A DNA stretch of 64,000 nucleotides from Isurus oxyrinchus. Lineage: Eukaryota. The position numbers and the translations under genes were made by a program. The first letter of the stretch is position 1. The number at the start of each line of letters is the position of its first letter. The stretch is taken from assembly GCA_026770705.1 (NCBI GenBank), contig JANJGN010000034.1, positions 7,254,001 to 7,318,000 on the forward strand, read 5' to 3'. This document shows positions 1 to 12,900 of the stretch, one piece after another. The notes below the pieces were generated by a model. That model saw only the letters and a program-made list of their open reading frames with translations, had not been told where the DNA came from and made no database searches.

Positions 1-299
1 TTCTATCATTATATTCAACATTTATGTCATATTAACCACTATCACCACCAGAGCTGATCACATGCACAAAGCCCCACAACCTCAGCACCCAACTCCATAC
101 CCATCCCTGGCGAAATAATCTGATTGTGCACCTCAAATTTCGAGATCTAATGCATTATGGATGCATGGGATTAAGCTGCTTTTTTTTAAGGCTGCAGAGC
201 CATGATGGGCCGAAGACCCTCGCCCATTAACATACGGAGGAATTTCCGGAAAATGCAGCGAGCCTTTCAGAAGCCCATTGACACCAGCGTGACCATAAA

Positions 300-560
300 A
301 ACCCACCACCATAAAATTCCGCTCATATATCTTTTTATGTCCACATGATCCTACATTTTTAATCTTTTCCACTGTAAGAACGGTCATAGCTTTTCTTTAA
401 CTCTTCAAATTCCTGAAATCACTCCACCCTAACGCTACTGCGTTAAAACTCCTCTGCATCCTTTTCAACCCCTCGATATTCTTCCAAAACTTTGCGGTGC
501 CGAATTAGACACGCTGCACTTGCTGCGGCTAATCAGCAATTCATTAAGTTTTTTTTCCTC
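300..560 (-). mobile_element. Degenerate CR1-type LINE ORF2 3' fragment
   Basis: The minus strand reads AATATCGAGGGGTTGAAAAGGATGCAGAGGAGTTTTAAC (NIEGLKRMQRSF), resembling the CR1 'DIEALERVQRRFTR' region. Confidence 0.55.
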
Positions 561-723
561 TATCATAATGCTTTCCAGAGTGCTAGAGTACAGAAAGAAA
601 TCGATCTTGGATGGTGGCGAAGACAAAATCTATACAAATGACACCTCTGTTATGAGACCAGGCGAACCATTGTTTCCACATTTTGCAATACAACGCATGG
701 ATCGATAAACGGCTAATCGGGCC

Positions 724-780
724 CCAAACATTTGGCAGCGCCAAACATTTGGCAGCGCCAAACATTTGGCAGGGCCAAAC
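724..780. repeat. 17-bp tandem repeat (about 3.3 copies of CCAAACATTTGGCAGCG)
   Basis: Read directly; each unit contains the short inverted repeat CCAAA-CA-TTTGG. Confidence 0.9.
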
Positions 781-959
781 CAGACAGGTTTTTGACGCCT
801 TATGTGCCATAATCTTCAAATAGTAATGAACCTGGTGAAATGTTTCTATTGATATCATTTTGAGACCCTTTTTCCTTCGGTCTGTCTTCTGGAAGAAAGT
901 GCCCACAGAACACAAAATTCTTTCAATTATTTATTCTATATAATTTTACTCCTTGACAG

Positions 960-986
960 AAGATCAGCTGAAAGGAAAAGAAAAAG
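960..986 (+). CDS. Microexon 1 (27 nt, A-type): (E)DQLKGKEK
   Basis: ttttactccttgacag|AAGATCAGCTGAAAGGAAAAGAAAAAG|gtgagt. The first residue depends on the unseen upstream exon. Confidence 0.88.
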
Positions 987-3900
987 GTGAGTGTTTTAAC
1001 AATTAACTGATTCAGAGCAGTAAACGTTTAATGCTTGGTAGACTTTGTTTTCTCAAGACATCTAGTCACTGTTAGCAGGGGAACAATTCCACCCAAGCCT
1101 CCGTAGTGTAGACGTAGATTCTAGGTGTTTCAGGTTGTGGGACTAAACACAATAGTTTTCATTTAAATAACATAGCCACTAGTCTGTCAGTAAGATATGG
1201 AAAAAATGTAACAGTAGCTTGGTGGTCATGTCACTCGATAGACAATGCGCCGTTTGTGCTAATAATCTGCAGAGTGCAAATATGACCATGGCGATTGTAG
1301 AATTTTAAAGAAATCCTTAAAAAAATATTCTTTTGTCGTTTATAAAACATATTTTGTCTACAAACGTCCAGTAGGCAGAAAGATGGGTTGTCCTTACCTA
1401 GTTTAACCACTGTGTTACTACAAACCCAAAACAAAACATTTAACTATTAATTGCCGTCTGAGGTAGTCTTATTTGTGTCACTAAGACTTCCAACAATGGA
1501 AATTAAGGATTAGTAATACCTTCCGACATTGTTAGAAAACTGAAGAATAAATATACACAACAAAAACAAAAATAGAATTACCTGGAAAAACTTAGCAGGT
1601 CTGGCAGCATCAGCGGAGAAGAAAAAGATCTACTCTTCGATTTTTTGAAGGACACAATCATTAAATAATCTTCGCTGATATCAATAGCAATGCTGCTTAT
1701 AAGGAGAAGGTTTAAAAAAAAAACCTATAGGAGCCTGAAAGGCAATCTGATAGGTTCAGATTAATTAGGGTTTGATGGGACTCATGTTTCACCGAAAAAA
1801 GAACATTTACCTGAGAGACATACAGAGCTGTTTCCATCCTGTAAGCTTTAGGAAATTTTCACAGATGCCTATTTGAATGAACCCAATAACCTGCGTATAA
1901 TTCCATCTGGCATTGTCCACAGTTGTTCCATCAAAGCTTAATTCAATTGAATAACAGATGGGACAAGTAGCGGGCACCCCATCAATATCACCCGTTGGAC
2001 AAAATCCTGTCAGTGCAAAAATGTCTACTAGTAGTTTTATACTTACTGCTGGAGTAACCTGGATGCATGAACTCCAACATCGACAAATTTCCTAGACGTT
2101 GGCTTTCAGAAAGGTAACACATAACCTTGGTCCAATATTGGTACTAAACTGAAACCTGGAGTCATTCTTCAATATGTACCAGATATCTTCAAGGCCATTC
2201 TGGCATTAAGCGTCATTTGGTACAATTGTACCAGTCAATGACAAGCACTGTGTCAGGAAACGGGTAACAAAATGGCAAGCAACGGATTTGATGTCGTGCT
2301 AGGTTTGCAGCAGGCCTGACACAGTGCTAACGCTATTAAAACAATATGATGCGCATCTGAAAATGTCAAAAAACAAAGACTTTGTTCATAAAAGAAGGGC
2401 AAATCCAATCCGTTCCATCAGTCTAGCCTCAGTCATCAGCCAATTGATAGGAGGTGTCACAGACTCTGCGACCAAGGTGCATTTAGGAACTAACTACTCA
2501 GTGACTTTTATTTTGGCTTCCCCCGGTCCAGATTTCACAGCAATTTTGATACAAAGATAGATAAAATAAGTGATTTCCAAAGGCGGGGTGATATTTCCTG
2601 CCTTGAAATCAGGGCAGCATCTGACTGAACGTGGCATCAGAAACCGCAGCATAATTGAAGTCAATGGGAATAAATGGGAAATTCTGCACTGGTTTGGAGT
2701 TATACCTGGCACAAAGGAAGGCGTTGGTGGTTGTTGGAAGCCTATAAACGCATCTTCAGATCATTTCTGTAGGGTTGGACTAGTCCCCCACTGTCAAGCA
2801 TCTTGAATTGTTTCATCAATCATCTTCACTTTCACGTAGGATGAGGGACTGGGGGGTGTTTCGTGATAATTACATAGCGCTCAGTTGCATTCGGGGCTCA
2901 TTAGATACTGAAGCTTCTGGTGCTCAGAAGCAACAAACATGGACAGCATTCAGACTTGAGGTCAACAGTGACCAGTCACGTTTGTGCACCACAAGTGCCA
3001 GTAAATGACCAGCCACAACAGCAGAGGATCTAATTGCCCCCGTTCAAATTTACAGTCATTCCTATCATTTGGTCCCTCACCATCAACATCACTATTGACC
3101 AGGAAATTAACTGGGCCAGCCATACAAGTATTGTAGCTGCAAAGAAAGATCAGAGTCCAGAGATTCTGTGGCAATTATCTGCCCTTCACCCACAATGTAC
3201 AATTCAGGAAAGTAATAGTGTTCTCTGCGCCAGCTTGAGTGAGTGCACCTCCAACAACACTGAAAAAGATCTTCAGACCATCCACAAAAAAGCTCTAATC
3301 ATATGCACAACATATAACATTGTAAACAGTCACTGCCTCCATCTCCGGTACACCAGAGTAGCACCGTGTACCATATATAAGGTACAATGCAGTTGTGTGA
3401 CAAACCTCCTGCGATAGCGCATTCAGAACTCGCAAACTCTCCCATGACGAAGAATAAGGCAGTAGATCAACGGGCATGCTACTGTCCGCAATTTTCTCTT
3501 CAGATCATGCCTTCTGTACTCGGAAATATATTCGCTGTCCTTCCCAGTTGCTGAGTCAAGACCATGGATCTTCCACTCTAAGAAACTCAGGGTGTACCTA
3601 CACCATATCAACTGCAACTGTTCAAGAAGCCGGATTGCCACTACTTTCAACAGGACAATTCGGTGTGGACAATACAATCAGAATTTGGCTTTGGCACTTC
3701 CCTAAAAAGAATCATTGAAATATAAGCAAAAACACAGGTTAGAGGATACTGACCTGCTGCAAATATTTTGCATAAACTCAATCCCAGGCATTTGCAGCCT
3801 TGCGTTCTCCAGGCATCATGGGCCGGACCAATTGCCTAAGCATCACTTCTCCGGTGAGGAACAATGCAGCTTTTCTGTAAAGTCGCCGAGGTATTTTGGT

Positions 3901-6900
3901 AATTTTGTCATTTTAGACTTTTGAATTACTAAAGCACGCGTTTCCTTTGTTTTCTGTTTAGAAATTGTGGACTTTCAGGAGAAATGCAGTAAGTATTAGA
4001 TGACTCTGCAGCTCTCGGAATGTAACATTAGGAACGGCGGAAATTACTGGGTACGAGTTTTCTGGTAGAACTGATTTGGTTAAACTGGACTAAACTGTGA
4101 CCCTGAGGAAATACCCTGAGGTAAAACCACTGAAGAAGTCATTCTTACTAGAGGCTGAATACTCCAACTAGAAATGGCGGAGATCTTTGCTTATCCAAGA
4201 GCCTAAACTAGTTTCTGGACTTTAGTATTCTCATTTGCTTTTCGTGATACCGAACGAAAGCCACATATAGTCCAAGGATCCATGTGCATTGGTTAGACCA
4301 CAAATGTGTTATGCACACACCTAATCCTCATATGTAACAGAGGCGGAAAATGCTGGAAATATTCACCTGGTAACGAATCATCAAGGAAAAATAAAAAAAA
4401 AATTAAAGTTTCAGGTCGATGAGTTGACAAGAGATGTATCAAATGTCATCGACTTGAAATTTTAACTAATTTTCTCTCTCAACATTTGCTACCTGACTTG
4501 CTGGCATTATCGTTCTCTTCTGTTTTCATTATTTTCTGCTTTCGTACTGCTAATATTATTCTGCCTTTACAGCATTCGCAGGATGATTTTTTTGATTTGG
4601 CTCTAGTTGCTATATGCTTTAGCAGTCCACATGTGGAAAACTGGGAGTAGTTTTGATCGCTATTCAGCTTCCTTAAATCGCACTCCGTGCCCCGGGGACA
4701 GTTCTGATCTCCAGTTCCCTTGGTCAATCTATCTTAGAATAAAGTGTACAGTCCTGTTCTACATAATACAATAAGGAGATATGGACAGTGCTGCAAGTGC
4801 AGTGAAAGCTAAATGAGATAACGTAAATGAGAGATTATAACTAACTGGAAAGTCTGAACAGGCTGGGCCTCGTTACTCTAGAATTGTAAAGGCTGAAAGG
4901 TGAACTGTCAGTATTATTTGAAGTAACGTAATTGTTGTATAAAGTAAACCTAAAGAAGGAATTTTCATTTATTATGGAGTTTAAAAGTTTCATTCACTAA
5001 TAAGCCAAATAGGAAGTGAAATTCACCCAATGTTTTAATTTTTACTCATATTATAGTTAAAATGATAAATGTTCTAACATAACAATCGTTTAGGTGAATG
5101 GCATAGATGCATTGAACTAAGACCTGGCTAAGTTGGATGGCACAATGCATACAAAATAATGCTAACATAATGAGCGAGAGTGGGGGGAGTGTCATCGGTG
5201 GCCTCAGCACTGACAGAGAACAGGTATTTCTGAAAGTTTGTGTACAACAAATGCCACTTCATAAGGTTAACCTCACTGCATGGGACAGCAGACACTTACA
5301 GTTCATAATGGGTACAGTTTGTCTGGTCGCGTTTTGAAGATCACTTCCTTGTCGTTCTGACCAGAAATAGCCTTTGGGACTGCATTGAGTGGCACCAAAC
5401 TTGCCCAGTGGGCACATGAGGCGGACTCTTCCATTGGCATTATGGCGAGTGACGGGTGACAGAATCTTTGCTTTCCTTCTCTTTCAGAAGCTGATCTGGA
5501 GCAAAAGGATTCACGTAAATTGCAGGAATAATACGGATGAATGGCTACATTGTCGCGGTCCATCATTATGAAAGACATGCTAAATTACTGGTTCTCTCAG
5601 GTGGATGTAAAATATCCCCCTCCTCCGGCGAGCTTTAATAAAGACATGCGTAGATCAGCGCGCTGTCCTTTGTTAATAAGTGCCCATCAACAAATAAATG
5701 AGAGGCAGTGTATCTGGATGAAAACAGGCTGTTGTTCATGGCAGCCAGTTGAGTGAAAATTAGCTGCAGCCTTTGCCAACTTGCTTTGAAAACTGAGGTA
5801 TAATCAATCATTAATTTTTATGTTCGATCCTTCTGAACGTCCTGAGGTAGTGAAACATTCAATGGAATCGGATATTCCATGAATTATCAGGTTGCCGGAA
5901 CAGGACAATGGGATAGTTGACATTGCTGCTGTGTGACAGCAAGGATTATTCCTCAACTACACAAGAAGATAAGAAGGTCAGAACCATTCAGCCCCTCGAG
6001 GCCGCTCTGCCATCCAATGAGATCATGGTTGAACTTATAATTCAAGGCCATGTTCCTGTGCTATCTCCGTGTTCCTTGATTTTTTGTTATATTTAGAAAT
6101 CCATCAATCCCAACCTTGAACATATTCAACCACTGCAGGGGTAGACAATTCCAAAGATTCAACACCCTCTGAGTGAAGAATCCCTCCTCAGTTCAGCCCT
6201 AAATGGCCTGCAATTTATTATGATATTGTGTCTTCCGGTTCAATACAATCCCCCACCCCCACACGCGCTCACACACACATAAACTGTACAATTGCCAAGA
6301 TGGTTTCGAGAACAAGCACTGCCATGTGATCGATAAATTATGTTTTGTTCCGATTTTCAGAAAAAAAAGTCCTCAACAACAAAATTCAAGAATTAGGTGA
6401 GCAAAATACTCTTCAAAAGTTACGGAACACATTGGTCGGACGTTGGACTTATATGAAACTTTAAGTATTAAATTTTTAATTTGTTCTTGCGGTTAAAACC
6501 ACTAAGGCCAGTGCTGTAATGTGATACTTCACTTTGCTGTCGAGATCGATTTGTTTAGGTTTTCAGTCAAAATGATATCCTGTAAGGACATGGCCAGTTC
6601 AGAGGAGACCGGACATCCGAAATCTCATTGATGTGTCAGACTGATTGTTAGTGTTTGTGTAAAAGCATGAGAGCATGTGTAGGTGTGACAAGTCATGAGT
6701 GAGATTAAATATGGCTGAGATCAGTTATGGGTGAAATGGCGTATGGGTGGGATAATTAATAGATGAAAACGTGCATCGGCAAGTTTGGAATAGAATGGGA
6801 TTCAGTTTTGCTGATCATACTTATGAATAGCATTAAATATGGTTTGGATCTGGAATATTTGAAATTGTGCACATTTCAGATCAAGAAATGTTGATGTTCA

Positions 6901-9900
6901 GTGTGGCTGGGTTCCATACTGTTGAAGCCGCATAGTGGATGATATCAAATAAGGGTGTGTTGATATAGGGGTGAGACAGGCTTTGAGAGCGATCAGTTAT
7001 GGTTTAATTATATGATTGGTTAATGCATGTCAGCTTGAAGGCACGGACAGGGGTAGGGTTCGGACGGAGTGAAGACAGATTTGCCTGTGAACAGTTAAGG
7101 ACTTTTTTTTATAATAGTGAGACAGTGCTTGAAAACGATTTAGTTGGGGATGAAATCATATAGGAGTCACTAAGTGTTGACTCATAGAATGTTGTGGCAC
7201 AGAACCAGGCCACTTGGCCCATCCTTTCTGTTCTGGCCGAAGGGACATGCCAACCAACTTAACTCCACTTTCCAGAATTTGATCCGTAACTCTAGAGGTT
7301 ACAGCAATTCAGATACACTTCCATGCAACGTTTAACTGAGATGAGGTTGCCTGCCTCTACTACCTTTCTGGCAATGAGTTCCAAAGCTTCAATGGGTGAA
7401 GATATCTTTCCACATCTCTCCTCCAGGCAATGAGCAGGGCCAAAGAAATGAATCAATTTGACCCCGTACGTTGAACAGAGTATTCCCGATGAAAGAATCT
7501 GCAAATGTTTCATCTGTCAATTCACATAAAAAAAGATGTGCATTCAATGAAATGTTCATTTCAAAGCTTTGACTGGTTTCAGCTGCAACTTTAATATCCG
7601 CCCGAAATTGCTGTAAATCTTCACCACCTAGTCACTGAATTCCCTGCTAAGGTAAATAGGCCCCTCACATCCGCTCTATTCAAGCACCTCATTGTTTTGT
7701 GGCTCGCAGTCAAATCTCCCATCAGCCTTCCTTGTTCCAAGACGAACAATCCAAGCCTATCCAACCTTTCATCATAACTGATATTTTCCATTCATGGCAA
7801 GATCCTTATCATGCGTCCCTGACATCTCCAAGGGCTGCTTTTGGGAATGGGTGACATCGATTGTGTCTTTGATTGATTGTGGGGTCAGATGCATGAGAGA
7901 CCACTATGCGGATCGATCAGGTCGGGTTAGATGAGATATGGTGGAGTGAGGTTGGGTTTGCGTGTGCGTTCTGATATTGGTGAGGTCTGTTATGGTTAAG
8001 ATCGAGCATGCTTGAGGATAGCTACGTGTGAAATGGTGCATGGTTTACAGGTCTTATAGCAGCTGCGTCAGTATTCGGAATGAATGAGGACATCACAAAT
8101 GGTGAACAAGTCCTTGGCTGTGATGAGACACACCACCGGGTGTGCATGAACTTCCAACAGACCCTTGTACCGTAGATGAAACACATGGAGAGATCTAATC
8201 GTTCTGTTGCACAAGTCGCTAAAGATATATCGGCAATGCGCTGAAGTGATGGTTGTAGAAAACAAAGTGTAGAGAGGCATTCGTAGTATAGTTTACAATA
8301 CGACTAGGCATGCTACTGTGTCCTTGGAGAAGGCCCTACCTGAAGTAGAATGTTCAGGTGTGTTTTGCGGTTCTCACTCTATGGGTTCAATAAAACGCTG
8401 GGGTGCTGAAGGCGGGTTGGCAGCCCGAAGCGCTGGGCCTTTCGACCTCTGGGGCAGAAAAATCCGCTCCCAGCTCGGCAGCGCCCCACGCATTTCTAGA
8501 CGTATTCACCGGGAATGGTGACGTCGCGTCATCACGCCAGTTTTGTACAGTGCGGCAGACGGGTGAACTGAAAAGCAGGAACATCGCCAGCGTTATGGAA
8601 ACAACAATCAACCATGGTCTGGATAATGCGTGCCCAGATTGTGACCGTTCACCACTTCGCAGACCATATTGCCCGTGCGTGATGACGTCAGGCGCCATTT
8701 ATGACATCAGTACGCTGGGTTGTGCTAATAGGATATGAGAGCAGCTCAAAAAAATGGAAAACTGTCCCCAATATTCAAACGGAAATTAAGAAAGCAATTA
8801 AAATCATTAATGAGCAAACTTGTAGCATTTGTACATCCTGAGGTTAACAATACGCCTTCAGGCTGACAGTCATGGCAGGTGTGGAATCCGTCTGTTTTTA
8901 ATAGACAAGCTTATTAGGTCGGGTATTAAAACTGCAGCTCACACCAGAATCTCAGCTTTGATGTTAACAGTTCGTTGACTGCAGGGGGTTCTTATGTGAA
9001 TATACAGATGAAACCTTTTCCGATCCTTTCATCAGAAGTACTGTGTTCAGAAGCACGGGGTTCTTTTGATTCATTTTATGACCCTACTCATTGCCTGAGG
9101 GGTGCGGATTTGCTGGGGCAGATCCGCATTCTGTTGTCAGCTGCAGGCACCGCTTTCAATGCGGAAAGAAGGATGAGGAAGAGGTTAAGAAGAGTGAGAG
9201 GCAGAAGGGAATATAGAAAGACACAGGTTGCTGAGGCTTTGTAAGATGAGGGCTGCGGTTCAGGAAGAAACCAGAGACACTCGGCGGAGGCGCAGAAGTG
9301 TCAATAGTATACAGGCAGAGCTTTAGCTACCGGCATGTGGAGGAGAAAACTCAGGCTTTCAAGACCCAATGTAACATCAGTTGGTGAGATGATCGCAGGG
9401 GGGATATTCTCCAACTGCTTTGGGAGCCACCCCATGCCTGCCGCATTAAAGGTCAAAATGACAGTGAACCTTATCGCAACAGCTTTATTCCCCCCATGCC
9501 ATGGAGTCCGTAGTGGGATAAGACGCCCTGCTGCACAAGATAACATCCCGTTGCTCACAGATGCAAGTTTCCAAAGGACAGGGAATAATACCTCATTCAA
9601 GGTGGATGTTCAGGGTCAATGGGTAGATCCTATGTTCATTCGTCATGAGGTGATCATGACAATGACTCGCCGTGTAATAGATGACTGCTTGGAATTCTCA
9701 ATTCCGTTGTCACGTTCAGCTGTGTCAATTTGGAATCATGCTACATTTGATGGACAGTAAACGTCAATTACCCCCTACACTCCATAGTAACACGTTTAGC
9801 AGACTGGGCCAAGGTTGTACGTAGTTTATGATCGATGTGACCAACTCATGCCAATCTGGCAAGAGCAGGAGGTCCAGCCAGAATCGGTCTGCGTGGAAGG

Positions 9901-12900
9901 AGGTGGCTGCAGAGGTCAACAGTGTGGATGTTGTGAGGAGGATTTGGTTCCAATTCCACTAAAGATTATAGAACTTATGAGCTTGGCCTGGCTAGGCACC
10001 ACATCAGGATGAGCAATCTTAATTCATTTCAGCACTACCCTGACTTTCAACGTGACAGGCATTGGTTGGCCTCCATGCAGCTCTATAAGATCCTTTTGCC
10101 TAGCGCCATTCTCCCCGTAACCCTGCACATTGTTTCTTTTCAAATTTTGTATCCATGTTGCTACTATCCCTTTAGGCAATGAGCTCTAACTTAGCTCACA
10201 CATCTGTTGTCAAGTACTTTAGCAAATGCGTTTTGCAACTCAATGTACAGCACATTTTTTCACCTCATTAAAAGTCTCAATGAAGTAAGTGAAATACGAT
10301 GTCACCCTAAACAATCCACCTTATTTTTCCTTCATTCACCCATTTTTCCCAAGTGAATACAAATTTAAGCACGAATTATTGTTTCTGAGATTGAGGTTAA
10401 ACTGACGATTGTTTAATTATTTGAGTTAACCTTCAGCTCTGTTAAAAACCATTTGCAATTATCCAGTTTCCTGGCACTATCACTGAGTCAAAAGATGATT
10501 TCAAAAATATTGATACTGCCTCTGTTATTACCACTTTCACTTCCTTCAGTTTAGTTGTTATCTTACCTGTTCCTGGCCCCTTGTCCAATTTAAGCAAAAG
10601 ACTGTATCCTTATCGATTTTAAACTGTCTAGGTCTCTGAAATATATTTTTTTCACAATGAACTTCTAAACATCCTCGTCCTTGATAAAGGCAGCTGAAAA
10701 TAATTCGTTATTAGTCTATGCAGGTTAGCGGGCAAACCCTTCTTATACCTGCTCTTTACTTCCTTGTTTCCATATTTTTCCAGCCTGCCTTTGAAAATGT
10801 TATATTCGGCCTGGTTTTCAACTGTATCCTTCGCCTAATCACGGCTTTAACCTTTTTTTCCTGATTCGTTGTAAGCTCTATTTCTTCCATCTCTCAGGAA
10901 GATCAAGAATATTTTTACCTACCTTTCCCCATCGAGGGAATAGACGTTGACTGTAATTGAACTCTATCTTATTTAAAAGCAGTTGATCGAATGTTTACAG
11001 TTTTACTGCAAATCTTTGAATCATTATTTTTTTTCTTGACCAGATCCATTCCTGCATCACTGAAGTCGTTTCGTCCCCCAATTAATAACTGTTGCTCTGA
11101 ATTGATCCAGGTCCGATGTCACCGAGGTATTGAACACATTAAGGAGGGCAAAAAAGGCAGATAAAGTTAAGCCACTACCACTGTCTAGCATTACAGGCAC
11201 CATTGAAAAAAATAGATGGACAGCTCTCAGGAGTGACATTAGCGAACATTTCGGCACAGAGCACATAGTAGAATTTTGGAATCCCTTTTCTGAACTGACA
11301 GTTCAATTCAGGCTAACTGCTTTGACTCGACTTGTAATTGATCGATTTTTTCATTGCAATCCAGGGTATAAATGGGTATGGGCCAAAGGCAGGAATATGG
11401 AGTTGGCTAATGGGGCAGCCATGATCTCATTAATTTTAGCATCAGGTTCTAGGACTAAATTATTTACTTTTATATACCTAGTTGTGAGCTGCACTCAATG
11501 TTAGTGTTTAGCTGAAATGCTGACTACAGTTTTGACAATGATAAATGTTGCATTGAACATTCTGCAAACTTATCTCTCTGTACATGTTCCTGAACTACAC
11601 AGAAAAAACAGTAAATGGTAAGGATGTACAATTCATAGACACTTGGCTTCTAAACGTAGGAATATGATATTAACGCAGCAATACTACTTGAGCAGAATGG
11701 TAGCAGCACCAGAGTGTGCGCCCGGTTGATTTATGTTTCTATTAAAGATAGCAATGCTAAACTTTGAGCTGGAAAAAACAGGATTGTTTGGTGAAATGTC
11801 GTCGCTTTTATGGCAACAGCTATGATGTAAATTTCTAATTGTTCCCCTTCCATGCGTGAGTTGCACTTGTAGCCCAATAAACCTCCGTTTTCTTGTTCAT
11901 ATTTTCCTGATTTACACAGAAACTAACCAAAATCGTTTTTCCCTTCCCATTTTGAACGTTCCTATTTGTAGAAAATCACTTCATGTCTCAAATCTCGTCA
12001 CCTGACAATGATAAACCTGTCTTCCGTTTGGCCTTAAGTCTATCTGAAGATCTAATGACTTTTTTTCCTCACAGGTGCAATTTTCATAAACTCCGAATTC
12101 CACGATTTTCTTTCTATCAAAAATATTTAGATAGGTGATAGAAATCTACCGCTCCCAAATTCAATCTCCTTGTCTTAATCCTTGAATTTCTGCGGTTTAT
12201 CTACAAGTCTGTTCAGACACATGCCTAGCCTATTTTAATATATTGGAAATTCGGGGTATAATGTTAAATTCAGAGCTAGGCCGTTCGTTGGTGTAGTAAG
12301 GAGCGCCTCATCGCACAAAAAATAGTGAAAATCTTGAAATTCGCCAAAAAGGCGTTCTGACTAATGTTCAATCGAAATATCAAAATGTGACTGATAGATT
12401 TTTACTCTGCCCCACTATAAGGGGGTGTTGAACACAGTCGGCTACTGAAGGCTAACCTGAATTTGTCTCTAATAGAACGATGGAACATGAAGGGAAAGCA
12501 AAATACTCCATACATGTTCGATGTGCCATTCAGTGGTTTACCAGGATATCTAACCAACACTGTCCTTCATGATTTATTTTTCTCCTTTTGCAATCTATAC
12601 CTTCTCTTCCTTTTATATTGACTTGGTTATACATTCTATCAGAGAACTGTTTTAAATTCGAAGCTCTTCATTCACCATTCAGAATGAAAGGGTTGCATTA
12701 GTTAAGTGTACTAACGCGACACTATTTCTGATGAAACATGTGTTGCATAATTTACCTTATAATTATTGTTTCTGCCGTTATTGTTCCAGAATGCAAAGCA
12801 AGGGAAAAACTTGACAGTAAGAAATTACATGGCTCAATACGAGGTTTCGTATTGTAGTGAAAAGTCATGGAATGCAACCATGAAATGAAATGTTCACTCA

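Noticed and set aside
724-780. Palindromic direct repeats resembling CRISPR repeats
   Set aside because: No spacers, only about 3 units of 17 bp, no cas genes, eukaryotic context.
133-915. 84-aa and 110-aa minus-strand ORFs
   Set aside because: They overlap a decayed CR1 fragment and the 17-bp tandem repeat, with no coherent protein signal.
2096-2113. Possible 18-nt microexon (cctag|ACGTTGGCTTTCAGAAAG|gtaaca, DVGFQK)
   Set aside because: Weak acceptor, fits neither A nor B pattern, and would break the heptad register between exons 1 and 2.
4341-4369. ag...gtaacg segment of 29 nt
   Set aside because: Not a multiple of 3, and it lies in a Penelope terminal motif.
6567-6581. Possible 15-nt microexon (ttttcag|TCAAAATGATATCCT|gtaagg)
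   Set aside because: It ends in T, which would create a TAA stop with the next exon (starting AA).
12075-12134. Strong acceptor ttttttcctcacag with a 60-nt candidate exon
   Set aside because: In-frame TAG in phase 1 and no resemblance to the repeat.
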